From positions 1-26,252 of the forward strand of contig DAIENX010000051.1 in the NCBI GenBank assembly GCA_027340875.1: a DNA stretch of 26,252 nt, written 5' to 3'. Origin of the DNA: Elusimicrobiota bacterium. GTDB taxonomy: Bacteria; Elusimicrobiota; Elusimicrobia; Elusimicrobiales; UBA9959. Below, one piece after another: positions 24,431 through 26,252 of this stretch. Made by a program: the position numbers and the translations under genes. Numbering within the stretch: the first letter of the stretch is position 1; each line of letters starts with the position of its first letter. The notes beneath the pieces are model-generated. The model searched no databases. It was not told where the DNA came from and saw only the letters and a program-made list of their open reading frames with translations.

Positions 24431-26251
24431 TCATATGATTTTTACGGCGAGGTTCAAAAGCGCCGCGAAGAGGAGCGCGGCGGCGAAGTTCATCGCGAAG
24501 ACCTTGGCGGCGTCCCGCGGGCCCAGCTCGCGCAGCGTCACCATGAAGCTGCCGAGGCAGGGCAGGTACAGGCTCAGGAAGACGCTGGCCACCACTATGG
24601 ACCCGGGGGAGAGCGCGAAAGGCGACAGCATCGCTATGGAAACGTCCTTGCGCAGGAAGCCCAGCACCATGACGGAGACCGTCTCCGGGGGCAGGCCCAG
24701 CAGGCCCGTGACCGCCGGCCTGAAGAAAGCGGAGATGCCCGCCAGCGCCCCGCTCATGTCCAGCAGGTTCACGGCGAGCACGCCGGCCACTATCATCGGT
24801 ACCGCCTCCAGCAGGAAGTCCTTCAGGCGGAAATATACCTTGCGGCCGAGTATGGAGGCGCAGGGGGTCTGGTAGGGGGGGATCTCCAGGAACAGCTCGG
24901 GCGTCTCTCCCTTGAGCATGCGGCTCAGCAGCGCGGAGCTGAGCATGCCCGCGGCCGCGACGGCACCGAACACGGCCACGGTGTACTTGATGCTGTACGG
25001 GGCCAGCAGGCTGAGTATCATCGCCGTCTGCGGCATGCAGGGGGCCAGCGCCAGCGTGAGCGCCGTGGCTATAACGCGCTCGCGCGGGGTCTCCAGCACC
25101 CTCGCGGCCAGGATGGCCGGCACCTTGCAGCCCAGGCCCAGCATCAGCGGGATGGTGCCGTAGCCGTGCAGGCCCAGGCGGTGCATCGAGCTGTCGAGCA
25201 GCACCGCGAGGCGCGGCAGGTAGCCGATGTCCTCGAGCAGGCTGAGCGCGGTGTAGAAAGCCACTATATAGGGCAGCACCGTGACGAAGGGGATGTAGAG
25301 GCCGGTGGTCAGGAGCCCGAAGGATTCCATCGGCTTGGGCGTGGAGCCCAGCAGCAGCAGCTTCAGGAAGCCGCCGTCCTGAAGGCCGGAGAGGGCGGAG
25401 TTCAGCAGCGGCATCCAGACCGAGTTGAACAGCGGGTCCAGGACGCGGTTTATCAGCCCCTCGCCGACGAAGCGTATGGCGAAGAAGAGGGCCAGCATCA
25501 CCGCGGCCGCGAACGGCAGGCCGGTGGAGGGGCGGGAGGTGAGGTCCTCCAGCTTCTCGAGCGCGGTGGCGTGCTTGTGGGAGATGCGCTGGCACTCGGC
25601 GGAGACCCGGCCTATCAGCTTCCATTTCTCGTCCGGCCCGGCGGGGACCTCCGCCGGCTCCGGCAGGCGGCCCTCGTTGAAGTCCTTTACCGCCTGCTGC
25701 AGCGCGGCCAGCCCCTCGCCGGTGGTGGCGACGAAGGGCACCACCCTTATGCCCAGGTGGCGCTCCAGCGCGGCCGCGTCTATGTCCACGCCCTTCCTCT
25801 TGGCGATATCCTGCTTGTTGAGCAGGATGACGAGCGGCGCGCCCATGGCGGCCAGCTCCAGCGTGTAGAACAGGTTCCTCTCCAGACTGGTGGCGTCCAC
25901 TACGTTGATGATCAGCGCCGCCCCGCCGGCCGTGAGTATGCTGCGGGCCACTTCCTCCGCTTTGTTGGTGGGGGCGTGGCTGTAGGCTCCCGGGACGTCC
26001 ACGATCGAGAACCTCTCTCCGGAAAGCATGGTATGGCCGGCGGTATATTCGACGGTAGTGCCGGGGTAATTGGAGGAGATCACTTCCAGGCCGGTAAGGC
26101 GCGAGAAGACCACGCTCTTGCCCACGTTCGGGTTTCCCGCCAGCAGGATGGTGCGCGACTTCACCTTGACGGAGACCTTCTCCGCCATGCCGCGGCCCAG
26201 AGCCACGCGGGTACCCATGACCTCCACCAGCACGGGCCCGCCGGACTTCTC
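24431..26251 (-). CDS. feoB: Ferrous iron transporter FeoB with in-frame N-terminal FeoA domain (5' truncated by the window)
   Basis: G1 GNPNVGKS, G2 NYPGTTVE, G3 DVPG, G4 NKQD. Membrane domain LEDIGYLPR, GLGCKVP, YLPC. The frame is open to the window edge and begins EKSGGPVLVEVMGTRVALGRGMAEKVSV, a FeoA C-terminus. Confidence 0.92.
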   Translation of the reverse strand, partial: EKSGGPVLVEVMGTRVALGRGMAEKVSVKVKSRTILLAGNPNVGKSVVFSRLTGLEVISSNYPGTTVEYTAGHTMLSGERFSIVDVPGAYSHAPTNKAEEVARSILTAGGAALIINVVDATSLERNLFYTLELAAMGAPLVILLNKQDIAKRKGVDIDAAALERHLGIRVVPFVATTGEGLAALQQAVKDFNEGRLPEPAEVPAGPDEKWKLIGRVSAECQRISHKHATALEKLEDLTSRPSTGLPFAAAVMLALFFAIRFVGEGLINRVLDPLFNSVWMPLLNSALSGLQDGGFLKLLLLGSTPKPMESFGLLTTGLYIPFVTVLPYIVAFYTALSLLEDIGYLPRLAVLLDSSMHRLGLHGYGTIPLMLGLGCKVPAILAARVLETPRERVIATALTLALAPCMPQTAMILSLLAPYSIKYTVAVFGAVAAAGMLSSALLSRMLKGETPELFLEIPPYQTPCASILGRKVYFRLKDFLLEAVPMIVAGVLAVNLLDMSGALAGISAFFRPAVTGLLGLPPETVSVMVLGFLRKDVSIAMLSPFALSPGSIVVASVFLSLYLPCLGSFMVTLRELGPRDAAKVFAMNFAAALLFAALLNLAVKII

Positions 26252-26252
26252 G

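Noticed and set aside
1..26252. CRISPR array, IS/integrase, prophage, tRNA or rRNA
   Set aside because: I saw no regularly spaced repeats, transposase or integrase motifs, or RNA gene signatures. The only repeats are paralogous coding segments (kinases, RcpC domains).

Overview
This is a GC-rich chromosomal window from a diderm bacterium (it encodes an OmpP1/FadL outer-membrane barrel). Elusimicrobiota is my guess from protein style and frequent ATA/AGG codons; it is not verified. Left to right: an APC amino-acid permease (5' truncated), ybaB/ebfC and a secreted hypothetical protein. Then comes an ~8.4 kb signalling region: two lycopene-cyclase-like membrane proteins, a PilS/RegB-like sensor kinase, an ECF sigma with a putative anti-sigma, two orphan RcpC/CpaB-domain proteins, a secreted hypothetical protein, a paralogous kinase and a FadL porin. 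After that are a cobalamin riboswitch with btuFCD-type ABC genes, a divergent ComEC-like MBL hydrolase and PLD-family enzyme, and a GH57 alpha-glucan cluster (DUF4912, GH57/DUF1957, GH57/DUF3536). The window ends in a minus-strand run of an in-frame FeoA-FeoB fusion (truncated), an MFS transporter, a CyuA/YhaM-type cysteine desulfidase and a hypothetical protein. I found no tRNA, rRNA, CRISPR array or mobile element. The best candidate for an undescribed system is the pair of paralogous orphan kinases, one linked to cyclase-like genes with no carotenoid context and the other to a hydrophobic-molecule porin, suggesting lipophilic-signal production and sensing. Family assignments come from motif recognition, not database searches.
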